Source: Octopus vulgaris (taxonomy: Eukaryota). From it: DNA of 64,000 nt. Made by a program: the position numbers and the translations under genes. Location of the stretch: NCBI GenBank assembly GCA_951406725.2, contig OX597828.1, positions 8,618,001 to 8,682,000 on the forward strand, written 5' to 3'. The notes under the pieces are model-generated. The model saw nothing but the letters and a program-made list of their open reading frames with translations. It did no database searches and was not told where the DNA came from. Shown here one piece after another: positions 38,500 to 51,417 of this stretch; within the stretch, counting starts at the first letter, position 1, and every line of letters starts with the position of its first letter.

Positions 38500-39055
38500 A
38501 GTGCCATGTGAGCTTTGTGTTAAGTTCATAAGAAACTGCTTGGTGTTGAGAGCTTTGTCAGTTGTTTCACTGCAGCTGTCCTATATCTTCCATGTATGTG
38601 GCTTTGGCTCTGGTGGGCAGGGCTGACTCTCTGTGTACGAGCAACTTCCTATTGGCCGCGTTTCTGTAAAAGTTAGAATAGATGGGAAACTCCTTCGTGG
38701 TCTTTACCTCGAAATCCAGCAGAGAAGGGATTCCAGACTCGTCCTAATTTTCTATTTTAAATTCGATGTGGATTTCGACGTTGCTGAAACCTTGTTTTAT
38801 GGGGATCGCCTTCTCCGGGGAGGAGATGAAAATCAGGATAACGTCGACGTATTTGAAGAAAAAGACGCTTGAGTGGCAGGTGTTAAACACGTAGCGTTCT
38901 AATTAGTCCAGGTTAAAGAAAGGAAGATCCCATCGGCTAACCTGAGATCTGCTCATCTCGTATATGTCACCGTTGTACAAGAAGTAGGTGATACATGCTA
39001 CGATGTTTTGTAGTACTCGGATGTCCGAGCTTGTACAACCGAGAAAGTAGATGGT
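38500..39055 (-). pseudogene. Penelope-like element reverse transcriptase fragment
   Basis: Minus strand: TYFLYNGDIYEM..G*PMGS...KYVDVILIF (38840-38854, YVDD-like)...HIEFKIEN...LLDFEV...FYRNAANRKLLVHRESALPTRAK. Confidence 0.85.
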
Positions 39056-39103
39056 GAAAGACGAAGAGGAAGCAGACTAAATGAAGGGGAAGGAAGTAAA
39101 GGG

Positions 39104-39193
39104 GAAGAAGAAGAAGAAGAAGAAGAAGAAGAAGAAGAAGAAGAAGAAGAAGAAGAAGAAGAAGAAGAAGAAGAAGAAGAAGAAGAAGAAGAA
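39104..39193. repeat. (GAA)n microsatellite
   Basis: Direct. Confidence 0.98.
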
Positions 39194-39472
39194 ATTCACA
39201 CAACTACAAATAGACTCGAATTCTTTTTAAGTTTCGAAGAAACCATGCCTTTGAAACCGCGTTCACCATCGTCGAGAAAGAAAAATGGTCTAACCAATGA
39301 AATAAGCAAACATTTAGTAATAAATCTGAAATTGAATTGTAACTGTTGCGAAAAAACAAGAAATTCGGGGTTAATTTAAATGATAGTGTAAGATAATTAC
39401 AAAACATGAGTCACGTATGATATAACGCATGAAGTTGACAGTAGATTATGCGTGTTACATATGTAAGAACCA

Positions 39473-39521
<49 letters not shown>

Positions 39522-39771
39522 CATACACATTTACATATATACACATATACATATACATTTTCATATACGCACACATACATACATACTTGTGTCTGTGCGC
39601 GTGTGTATGTGTACGTGTGTGTCCGTATGCATTTGTAATGCAGGCTTTGTCCCCGTGAAGCACATCTGCATGTTAAAGTAATCAAATGTTGTATATAGAT
39701 GCATTATACTCAGTTCTCAGTTCTATTTACAGAGTAAGTGAAAAAATTGGCAGATTTTCCGTTTACATATA

Positions 39772-40290
39772 CAATGCTGCAGAAAATCTTAAGACCAGTA
39801 AAAAAAAACTGCCGAAGTGAACTCCCTGCAGACCGAGATATTCGACTAGTTTTCGTTATATATTCATAATTGGCAAATAGAAAAGGATATACGGAAACCT
39901 AAAAATATGTTTAACATTTAATGCGAAAAATACGCATTGTATCAAAACGAACAATAGTTTGCTTGGTCAAATATTTAAGATCATGACAAATGAAAAGTTT
40001 AAATCTGGTATAAACTATAGAAATTTTGGCATTTATGTTCATGCTTTCTCAATACCAACAACTGCCGGTCAATCCATATCAATTCCACAACAACAATGGG
40101 CAAAGCTAAAATATTGACGGGTTTTGAACGTCGTAGAATTGAAGAGCTCTAGAATCAAGGTATTTCTCAACGTGCCATTTCCAGTAAAACCGCGATTGTG
40201 AACTTCTTAAAAGACTCTGAAATATATGGATCGAAAAAAAAGGACCGATTAGGCAACGAACATTTCCCGCAGTCGTTCAAAAACGAAGGT
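39772..40290 (+). mobile_element. Tc1/Tc3-like DNA transposon 5' fragment
   Basis: ta|caatgctgcagaaaatcttaagacc putative left TIR; from 40096 MGKAKILTGFERRRIEEL*NQGISQRAISSKTAIVNFLKDSEIYGSKK resembles the Tc3 N-terminal HTH (...YLKDPVSYG); right TIR unclear. Confidence 0.72.
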
Positions 40291-40414
40291 GGGTCTTTTT
40301 ATGTATACGTATACGAGTTGTTGTGTAGGTAGAGACACAGGCAAAGAGATGTACACATCGAAATACCTATACGCATGTACATATACGCATGTACGTGGGT
40401 ATATGTACATATGT

Positions 40415-40900
40415 GTTGTGACCCGCTTCGGTCAAGAATGACTATGGAATTGCATCTAGAAGGTTAACCCCCGAGGCACAAGTCTGGGCAAGGTTGTCTA
40501 TTGAAAACCAGCAGTCGCCCATGCATACCAGCCTCCACTCTCTACGCCACCGATGGTATCCAAGGGAAAGGCAAAGCTTTGCACCAGTGACGTCGCAGCT
40601 CATTCATTAACGTGCAAGTGGCTGAGCACTCCATAGACACGTGTACCATTAACGTAGTTCTCGGGTAGAGTGTGACAAGGCTGGCCCTTTGAAATACAGG
40701 TACAACAGAAACAGGAAGAAACGGCGAGAGAAAGTTGTGGTGAAAGAGTACAGCAAGGTTCACCACCACCCCCTGCCGCAATGTCGTGGAGCTTTAGGTG
40801 TTTTCGGTCAATAAACACTCACAATGACAGGTCTGGGAATAGAAACCGCGATCTAACGACCACGAGTCCGCTGCCCTAACCACTGTGCCATTTCGTCCAC
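40415..40900 (-). mobile_element. Composite SINE: C head, tail type 3, then an RTE-like segment
   Basis: C head about 40730-40900; tail-3 module about 40605-40710; 40415-40600 (gtcgcccatgc...ccaccgat...ccaagggaaaggca...gcaccagtgacgtcgca) resembles RTE 5'-UTR-type sequence, from memory. Confidence 0.8.
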
Positions 40901-40934
40901 ACTATATGTACAGATAATTATAGATAATTAATAT

Positions 40935-41100
40935 TGGTCTCGAGGTTTCGTACAGGACAAGCTGTTTCGGAGGAGAGGGGAAGTTTATTACACCTACCCC
41001 ATTGGTCAACTGATACACATTTTATTGATCCTGAAAGGATGAAAGACAAAATTGAACTCAGAGCGTTGGGATGAGAGAAATATCGCTAAACATTAAAAGT
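40935..41100 (-). mobile_element. SINE family A, highly degenerate
   Basis: gaaaggatgaaagacaaa...tgaactcagag. Confidence 0.6.
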
Positions 41101-42029
41101 TCGTTTACTATGGAAGCGGATTCTTTCACCGGTTAGTTGGTAATTACAATGGCGCTTTACAATACATTTGCGTCAAAGATATGTAATCTGTATATGACAG
41201 AACGAATATATTTAAAAAGAAGGACGAAATATAAGAGAAATTTGTATGTGTGTGTTTGAGTGTATGCGCGCGTGTGTGTGTAAGCATATATTTTGCTAAA
41301 AATATACATATGGCCTCATATATCATATATATGTACATACGTAGTCTTATACATCTTTGAATTTTGTTTGAATATAAAGGGAATCTTTCGTTATATTTAT
41401 GTTTCCTTACACACAATATTGCAGTTATATTTTTCATGTGTTTTCACGTTTCGCATTTTATGATTTGCTGTTTAGATCTGTACTTTTATATTTCATTTCC
41501 AGATTCATATACGCTGTTTCCACATCATCGAGACCTCATTTTTTTCGATTTGAATACATTTGTAGGAAATTTCATTATGAAATCCCAACTCAAATCGAAA
41601 TACAATTCATTGTTAAACACAGGCACAAATTTCGCACAAATTTCGCACAACGCTAGAGAAAAATCAGCATGCAACTGATCCCGTGAGGGAAAAACAGTTT
41701 GCAGGGAAGTCTCGACGAATGCTACCAGTGTATAAGAAACAACAAAGACACTAAATGTAATCAGTTCTTTAAAACGTACTGTTACGGTCGGGATACGTCA
41801 ATTAGCAATTTAGGAAATTTTTTGGTCAAAACTCACTGTAAAAATGTAATAAGAAAATACGAAAAGCCTACAATGAAAAATGATAAAACTTGAACACAGT
41901 CGTGCACATAATGATACATAGCCAGACATTTACATATATAAATATATTCATAAATATTTATATGCAGTTGTATGTATACATATATTTATACAAGTAAAAC
42001 ACATATAAGCACACACACCATATATATAT

Positions 42030-42059
42030 GTTTTGTTTGGTGTACATATGGGTCTCTCT

Positions 42060-42107
<48 letters not shown>

Positions 42108-42208
42108 CAAACACACACACACACATATATAAATATATATGTTTTGGTTGGTGTACATATGTGTGTCTCACTTGCATATATATATATGTATATATATATA
42201 TATAGATG

Positions 42209-42274
<66 letters not shown>

Positions 42275-42310
42275 GTTTGGTGTACATATGTGTGTCTCAC
42301 TTGCATATAT
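42030..42310. repeat. Three copies of a 35-bp core separated by variable microsatellite spacers
   Basis: gttttg(t/g)ttggtgtacatatg...cttgcata at 42030, 42141 and 42270. Confidence 0.9.
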
Positions 42311-42321
42311 GTATATATATA

Positions 42322-42363
<42 letters not shown>

Positions 42364-42975
42364 ACACAATAACGCAGGCTTTTGCATATATAGTTACATA
42401 CGTAGAGCACATTGTATATATGTGCTGGCATTTCTAATTATATATGTATACACTAATTCTCGTCTACAGACACATCCGTGCCATTGTCTCTGCTATCAAG
42501 ATTCCCTTTACAGTTCCATCACAAAGTTTCTGCGGCACTATTGTTCTCCTGTCTGATTAGCATATGATTTCATCAATACTGAATACATATCTTCCATGTT
42601 CTGTAGGCAATAGAAAATACAGAGAAACAACAAAACACAATTTACACAAAAGAACGGAAGCGCTTACCAGATTCAGACATATATACAAATCTGCACATAC
42701 GCGTACATACATTCATATATATATATAAGGAGGTACACATACACACAGACGCACACACACACACACACGTATCTCATCGATTTTGTATATATTCAGTCAC
42801 TGACGTGTGTGTTTCACAGTACATATGTTTCCATTTGCATATCAACATATCTATACAACTTTTGTAACTTTCGTTCTTTATAGGCACACACATTCCTTAC
42901 TGGCCCACAAGCACGCACATATACCAACATGTCTGCATTGAAATATTTATCAATTTATCTCTTTTCGTTATTTAA

Positions 42976-43074
<99 letters not shown>

Positions 43075-43211
43075 TAGATAGATAGATACACATATATACA
43101 TACATATATATATATACATACAATTATATAAATATATAAATTAAAGAAACCATGTGTATATATGTTTATATCTATCTGTCTGTCTATCTATCTATCTTTC
43201 TATCTTTCTCT

Positions 43212-43320
<109 letters not shown>

Positions 43321-43626
43321 CATAGATAGATAGATAGAGAGATAGAGAGATAGGCAGACAGATAGATATACACATATGTGCACATGTTTTCTTTTAGTTT
43401 CCGTCTACTGAATATGCTATAGTCAGCCAAGGGAAATATATTTCCTCAAGATGCAAGATAATGTAATTGAACTCCAACCCATCTGGTTGCGAAGCAATCT
43501 TTTAACCACACAGCCATTCCAGTGCTATGAATATGTATATAGCTGGGTATGAGTGTGCGTGTGTGTCTGTGTATATATATATATGTAAATATGTACACAC
43601 AAGGCTCGAGTAGGAATGAATACATA

Positions 43627-43671
<45 letters not shown>

Positions 43672-43701
43672 TTCTGTATATATCTACATATATATATACA
43701 G

Positions 43702-43765
<64 letters not shown>

Positions 43766-43782
43766 ATATATATATATATGCT

Positions 43783-43975
43783 TTCTTACTCTGGGCACAA
43801 GGCTCGAAAGTTTTGGGGTAGAGGCTAGTCGATTAAATCGACCTCAGTTATCAACCCCGAAATGATGAAAGACAATTTCAATCTCGGCGGAATTTGAACT
43901 CAGAACGTAAAAAAATATAAAATACCACTAAGTATTTCAACCGGCGTGCTATCGTTTCAGCCAGCTTGCCACCTT
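43783..43975 (-). mobile_element. SINE family A, alternative tail
   Basis: ggcacaaggc...ctcggcggaatttgaactcagaacg...gccagcttgccacctt. Confidence 0.85.
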
Positions 43976-44051
43976 TATATATAAATATTGGAAGTGGAAA
44001 CGGCCGTAAGAAATGTTATGTCATGTTTTTTTATTAAAAAATAATCTGCAT

Positions 44052-44214
44052 AGGCTCATGAGTGGCTGTGTGGTAAGTAGCTTGCTAACCAACCACATGG
44101 TTCCGGGTTCAGTCCCACTGCGTGGCATCTTCGGCAAGTGCCCTCTGCTATAGCCTAGAGCCGACCAATGCCTTGTGAGTGGATTTGGTAGACGGAAACT
44201 GAAAGAAGCCTGTC

Positions 44215-44274
<60 letters not shown>

Positions 44275-44481
44275 GTTTGTGTGTCTGTGTTTGTTTCCCT
44301 AGCATTGCTTGACAACCGATGCTGGTGTGTTTACGCCCCCGTCACTTAGCAGTTCGGCAAAAGAGACCGATAGAATAAGTACTGGACTTACAAAGAATAA
44401 GTCCCGGGGTCGATTTGCTCGACTAAAGGCGGTGCTCCAGCATGGCCGCAGTCAAATGACTGAAACAAGTAAAAGAGTAAA
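44052..44481 (+). mobile_element. SINE family B, full length
   Basis: Cleanest plus-strand B copy. Confidence 0.94.
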
Positions 44482-46385
44482 ATAGTAGATGCTATCCAAT
44501 TTATTTTGTTTATTTCTTGATCAAAAGTTTTCTTAATATCCTGATTATATATACGTATATATACATACACATACACACACATACACACATATATATATAT
44601 ATACTCTTATGCACACACACATATATATATATATAGTTATATATATATACACATGTAAATATACATATGTGAATGTGTGCTTCTGTTTATCTTGTCTATG
44701 TTCATATGTGCATGTACGTAAAATATATATGGTGAACATGCGTATACATGGATATTTATTTGGATACGTGTGTGTGTGTGTAAGTGAAACAAAGAACGAA
44801 TATTGCGCTTCTTTACATTCCTTCAGCGAGAAATTTCCTTCTACGTTCTTGGAGCGTATTCTTCTGAAAACGATAACAATATTTGTCCATCCATATCTGA
44901 CGGCCTTGATGTTTTGTCAAGTCAGCATAGATTTAAGGGAGTATTTATGTCTGTTCATGTCTAAATGGGCACGAAAACCAATTACCGAAAGTAAGATACT
45001 CGATGCTAAATCATATTCTCTTGCGAATGACATCTATATGCACACAATACTTGTATATACGGATATGTACATGCGTACATTTCTTTGCATGTGTATTTTT
45101 AATGAAATTGGCATCAGATAGAGTAACCAGTCAAGCTTCGGATAAAATTCCTTGTAGAATATAGTTACGTTATATTTTTCCGCTATGCATTATATAATTT
45201 ACCTAAGTCGTTAAAAATTACACATTATCCACACACGATCATTCACTAAGAGAGAGAGTGAGAAACAACTTGTAGACAATACGGAAGGTTTCGTGAGAGT
45301 AGTTGTGGGTGACGACGTGAATTAAGTAGGTGGAAAAATACATTAGATGTATTGGTGTTGATGATTGTTAAGATATTGATAGTAGGTGCCTTTCTATCTC
45401 TTTTAATGCACGGCTATATGTACGTGTGATTGTGTACTTTTGGTACGCGTAGACACGGAACTTGGGAAGGCGGCGCTGTGAGTAAAGTTACGATTTTTAT
45501 TGTATTTATCCGTTATGTTTTCATCAACGAAATGACATTTTTCAAGACAAGATGAAAACAAAAACAACATAATAAAATAAATGCACAAATAAAACAAAAG
45601 ATATAACAAATATAAACACATCAAAAAGATAAAGAAACACAAAACAACAAAGACCGGCAAGTGAGCTGTCTATTTCGGCTAACATTATCTCAGCGTCAAT
45701 ATCTCGCGCTAAATATGTGATGATGTCTGATAAGAATTACAAGAACGCCAATGAAGGCGATGGTGATATTGTTTAATAACCCCACATCTTAACGCGGCCC
45801 ACACCATGCCATAACATCATACTACCTTACGCCACACACCGCACTATACTTTACCATATCACATAATATTGCCATTACCATTAGCATTATCATTACCATA
45901 ACCGAACCGTACACTCTGAATAACCATAACCATAACTATAATCATAACTATAACCATAACTATAACCATTGCTGTCTATCTTATTATTGATCTTTGGCAA
46001 TTCAATCACGCAAACAAATCATCAAAGCAGAAAATATAATCACAAGTATAACAACGACGACAACTACAAGGACAACAACAACAGCAACAAGTCAAGCAAC
46101 AACAACAATGGCGATAAGCAGGAAGATCAAGACAACCACAGCCAGCATCCTAAACAACAGTACTGTTGATAATATTAATAATGATGTTGATGTTAAGATG
46201 AAGGGGGAAAAAAAGAAAACGATGATAATAATATAATACTAATAATAACATTGGTATTAATAATAATGTGTAGGCTAATGAATAATACAATAGTAATACT
46301 AACTACAAGAACGAATATTACGAACAACAACAACAACAACAACAAAAACAACAACGGAAACATCAACTGCTGTGATGAAGATGAT

Positions 46386-46387
<2 letters not shown>

Positions 46388-46458
<71 letters not shown>

Positions 46459-46475
46459 TAATAATAATGACGATA
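46388..46475. repeat. (AAT)n within a wider trinucleotide field (about 45900-46580)
   Basis: Direct. Confidence 0.95.
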
Positions 46476-46948
46476 ATGGTACTGAGGATGATTGCTATGA
46501 TGTTGAGAAGCAGAAAAAGAAAGCCGAGGAAGAGGTGGAGGAGGAGGAGGAGGAAAAGAAGAGGTGGAGAGGTGGAGTCGAAGGATAAAAACGCTCACAA
46601 AATGTAAGTTGATAACAAACGGAAATACTTATCAGCTCACAGATAAACAGAGAAACATCGAAATAAAGAGTCTTAGATAAATACACATATACACGCACAT
46701 GAATAAACACATAAAGAGAATTATTCCGACATACATATGCATACGCGCATAGGCGTAAGTATGGTGATGATGCGCACACATAGAACCATTCAAAGACTCA
46801 TCATCTGAATCGATGCACAAGATTACACAATCATCAAGAACGTATAGTCGTAAAAATGATTATTAATTCAGAAACTATGCATTGTATGTATGTGTGAGTG
46901 TATGTATCTGTGTGTCTTTGTGCGTCTGATGTGATGTGAATTTATATT

Positions 46949-47027
<79 letters not shown>

Positions 47028-47217
47028 ATATATTTATATACACATATATATACATATATATACACACATATATATATATATACATATATATTTATACATA
47101 TATATATACATACATATATACATATATATATATATGTATATATGCACACACATATATATATACATATGTACACACATACTTATATACTCGTATATATATA
47201 TATGAGCATATATGTAT

Positions 47218-47256
<39 letters not shown>

Positions 47257-47310
47257 ATAATATAAATAACCATACACACACACATATGTTTATGCGTGTG
47301 TGTTTGTGTG

Positions 47311-47350
<40 letters not shown>

Positions 47351-47544
47351 TACAAACGTACTTAGAGACACACACACATACTTGGCCGAAAGCTCACAAA
47401 CGCATCTAAAGTTCAATCATTTACCTATGTGATATAACATAACAACGACTACCAAAGCTGCTAAACAAAACCAAAGATAAAAATCCTAAATACACTGGTA
47501 CAAAGAAAATATTTTTGCACTGATTAAATATCACCGAACCAAAT

Positions 47545-47745
47545 AACTATACTGCTGCTACTACTACTACCACTAATACTACTGCAACTACTGCTGCTTC
47601 CTCTCTTCTTCTTCTTCAACTTCTACTTTTGCGGCTGCTATCTGCACCACCACCACCACAACCACAACCACCACAACAACAACAACAACAACCACCACCA
47701 CCACCACCGCCACCGCCAGCACCACCCCACACCCCACCACCCACC

Positions 47746-47794
<49 letters not shown>
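47545..47794. repeat. (CTA)/(CCA)/(CAA) trinucleotide field
   Basis: Direct; produces the poly-P/Q/T ORF. Confidence 0.95.
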
Positions 47795-47795
<1 letters not shown>

Positions 47796-48039
47796 AGAAT
47801 CCTTTAAATTCCTAGGTACCTGTCATTGTTTTTCTTACTGAAGTTGTACTATATCAACCCGTTTCATTTAATGATGGCTACGAATTTAGCAGGATTTCTA
47901 TGCAGGATATCGATAGCAGAATCCAGTTTATTGTGAAGCGTTTGGCCATGGACTTTACATCGTCAGTCAATTCAATCTTTCCATATAATCGTTTGTAACC
48001 GCATTCAAAACAACTATATATATATATATATACATAAAT

Positions 48040-48076
<37 letters not shown>

Positions 48077-48079
<3 letters not shown>

Positions 48080-48246
48080 AGAATTCACAAAAAAAAACAC
48101 AAGACGAAACAGGTCGTACAGAAAACAAACAGATGTATTAGTTTAACGCTCGGGAATTGAAAAAGTATTTTACGTTCGAGCCTACGCTCTTCCACAGAAA
48201 GGAAAACAGAAAGAAACAAGGAGAGAAAAAACTGGTGATAGTGGCT

Positions 48247-48252
<6 letters not shown>
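48077..48252 (-). mobile_element. Short element inserted in (AT)n, possibly a Penelope pLTR fragment with a decayed hammerhead-like motif
   Basis: Flanked by (AT)n on both sides; minus 48168-48200 reads ttt-ctgtggaa-gagc-gtag-gctc-gaa-cg-ta-aaa. Confidence 0.45.
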
Positions 48253-48329
<77 letters not shown>

Positions 48330-48499
48330 GATTGCCCGATCAGACAGACATTCTGCTTGACTGATTTATCTTTTACCGGCAAAGCTGATTCCTTTAGGAT
48401 TGAATGATGTAGACAAATATTACATAGTGCTGAGAGGATTCCAGCATCTAATATAAATGATTGAATTATATAGACGGAGACTGAAAACAAACAATTCAC

Positions 48500-50010
48500 G
48501 AATATTTGAAAAAAACAGCGTAACAGTACAAAGTAGGCTGATACAAACGCGAATCTCTGGAATGTAAATACGACCCACATGCTGATAAGATCAATACTAG
48601 TTGATGCAAATATATATGACAAAAAATATCCTTATACTTGGTCAAAGTTTTATACAGAAAATAGCACAACTAGGTACATATGTAGTTTACTCTCAAGACA
48701 ACCACACACCCATAAACGAAATAATATATGCAGTAGCTAAAGTAATTATAAAGGTAAGCTGGTACGCTTTATGATCTACTCATATCATAACTCGAGCAAA
48801 CAATGTTGAAAGCAAACAGACTGTACAGAAAACAGAGAACAAAAGAAAAGATCGCTTAATCCTTAATGAAATCAGTAACGTAAACACGAGTTTGAAGGAA
48901 AAAGAAAAAGGAGTGACAAATACTACAAAACTAATAATAATAATAATAAGAGCAAAGCTTGAAATCAAAGAACGACTGCAAAGAATCCATCGTTATGAGA
49001 AGCAATAACGATTCTCTTAAGCAAACAAATATTTCGACTCCAAAACTAAAAGATTTAATCAAGAACTAGGTAAAGGAAAAATAATAATAATTCGATGTCA
49101 CACAAACAGTAAGATACATATAGAACTTTTTGTAGGCTTATAGATAGTGAGAATGAACGTTATCAGAGCTATTGTAAGTCATAAAATTAAGCAACACATT
49201 TTTAACTTACTGAAAAACAAGAAACAACTATAAGGCTCACTGACTGGAAAGCTGTCGCATGTTTTAACAAGTAGCACTGATTTATCAAATCCCTAGACCC
49301 TTATAACCAAAACCTCTTTCTTTACTGCCCGCAAGGGGCTAAACACAGAGGGGACAAACAAGGACAGACACACGGATGAAGTCGATTATATCGACCCCAG
49401 TATTCATCTGGTACTTAATTTATCGACCGCGAAAGGATGAAAGGCAAAGTCGACCTCGAACTCAGAACGTAACGTCAGACGAAATACCGCTAAGCATTTC
49501 GCCCGGCGCGCTAACGCTTCTGCCAGCTCGCCGCGTTAATTTTTTTTTTTAACTCAGTGTCAACTGGGTTTATCAATCAAGTTGATTTAATCAGTGGATT
49601 GACAGATCTTGACAGTGCATCATGGTTATAACCAAAACCTGCCTACCTACAGCGGACACAACATTGACTGCAACATAGCTGGAAGCATTGCAAAGACTTG
49701 TATTTTTCTAAAGATAAATTATAAACGAAATTATCAAGAGAATATATGAAAAATGGCATGCTTTGATCATGTAAAGACGTTTGACATTATTCACAATGCA
49801 GAAATACTAGAAAGAGTAGCGATGAGCAAGGTAACATCAATAATGCATCAGTAGTGCGAGAGCAGAATTTTTAAATAAATGAATAAGCTCAAATAATTGA
49901 TATTTCCGTCCAATTAATTAACAATAATTTTCTGTAAATAAAATCAAACGCGAGGATATTTAAACAAATATCAACAGTAGTGTCCTTTGCACTCTGTTAT
50001 ATTGTGTTAC
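48500..50010 (+). pseudogene. Degraded R4/Dong-type non-LTR retrotransposon (pre-RT region and RT start), interrupted by a SINE
   Basis: KERLQRIHRYEKQ*RFS*ANKYFDSKTKRFNQELGKG at about 48970-49077; RP..TCLPT across the insertion; MACFDHVKTFDIIH at 49753 (AWIDYxKAFDSVPH-like). Confidence 0.72.
49316..49625 (-). mobile_element. SINE A plus an 88-bp extra segment, both within a 15-bp TSD
   Basis: ttataaccaaaacct at 49301-49315 and 49626-49640; SINE at 49316-49537. Confidence 0.9.
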
Positions 50011-50011
50011 T

Positions 50012-50155
50012 TAAGGTGGCGAGCTGGCAGAAACGTTAGCACGCCGGGCGAAATGCGTAGCCGTATTTCATCTGCCGTTACGTTCTGAGTTCAAATTCGG
50101 CCGAGGTCGACTTTGCCTTTTGATCCTTTCGGGGTCGATTAAATAAGTACCAGTT
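50012..50155 (+). mobile_element. SINE family A, 5' part (3' end lost)
   Basis: aaggtggcgagctggcagaaacgttagc...gagttcaaattc. Confidence 0.92.
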
Positions 50156-50293
50156 ATTATTCTTTGTAAGCCTAGTACTTATTCTGTCGTTGTCTTTTTG
50201 CCGAACCGCTAAGTTACGGGTATGTAAACACACCAGCATCGGTTGTCAAGCGATGTTGGGAGGACAAATACAGACAAACACACACACACGCAC

Positions 50294-50367
<74 letters not shown>

Positions 50368-50530
50368 GACAGGCTTCTTTTCAGTTTCCGTCTACCAAAT
50401 CCACTCACAAGGCTTTGGTCGGCTCGAGGCTATAGAAGATGACAGTTGGTCAAGATGCCACGCAGTGGGACTGAACCCGGAAACTATGTGGTTAGTAAGC
50501 AAGATACTTACCACAGTCACTCCTGCGCCT
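50156..50530 (-). mobile_element. SINE family B (3' end lost), joined tail-to-tail to the A copy
   Basis: B head at about 50370-50530. Confidence 0.9.
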
Positions 50531-50829
50531 TCATTAGATTTCTCGCAATTTATCTCTAGTATTTACTGTATTCGAGCTTGGTGCATATTTTATTATTTAT
50601 TTTGTTGTGAAGGTTATATAGATATTGAATTTTATTTCTATTGTTCCGTTGAAAATCTTATCGAATGTTATTTCTATAGTTCCATTGCGAAATTAGATAC
50701 CGTTTTGGCGGACTATTTTAGAGCAATATCATTTCTTAGTATCAAGTTGTTCGTATATTAAGTCATACGTCTGAGTAGTGTGTTTACATGTAATTAAGTA
50801 TTGAATTACTAAAGGAAAATTGAAACCCC

Positions 50830-51230
50830 ACTCAGTCAGATGTTTAATCCTCGCAGCATATGCTTTCGTCAATTGTTGACCGTATTTAGGAATAGCATAA
50901 CATCTGCAATCCTACTCGAGAGAAATCGCAGAAGAATCTCACATCACCGACTCACAAAGTTGATATCTATTGTTTTCCGTCTCTCCCAAGTCGTTTGTGA
51001 GCGTTTCTTGTCATCGACTGTTAACCACCACACCACAGGATGTGCATAAGCTTCGCTGTGGTTTACTAGAAGACCTTTGGGGTCAGGGGCAATATGTCTT
51101 TCTCGTCGTTCCTGGAGAAGAAATTTCCATTCTTTCTTATCAATAGAAACCTGTTAGTTTTCACCAAATTTTGCAGCATTTTCAGCGCGTTTTCTGTGAT
51201 TTCTCTTCTGTTATTTAAACAGAAGTGTTG
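50830..51230 (-). pseudogene. Possible highly decayed mariner transposase fragment
   Basis: Scattered DEK and VWW-like residues on the minus strand; no TIRs found. Confidence 0.25.
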
Positions 51231-51417
51231 AATGAAACAAAAAAATAATATTTTGTGTGGGATAAAAGACTTACCAGTTGAGAAAATAGATGAAGGTTCA
51301 GTTAGTCGTTGTAATAGCGTAGCCTCACTTGTTGTTGTTTCATCTGATTGTGGCTGGGTTATTGTCGGTGTTGTTATTGTGTTTCCTCACCCCTCATTTA
51401 TTATCATCTCTGTTGTC

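Noticed and set aside
46251-46607. ORF with a basic NLS-like stretch (RKRKPRKRWRRRRRKRR)
   Set aside because: Arises from (GAG/AAG) purine repeats next to (AAT)n; no other coding evidence.
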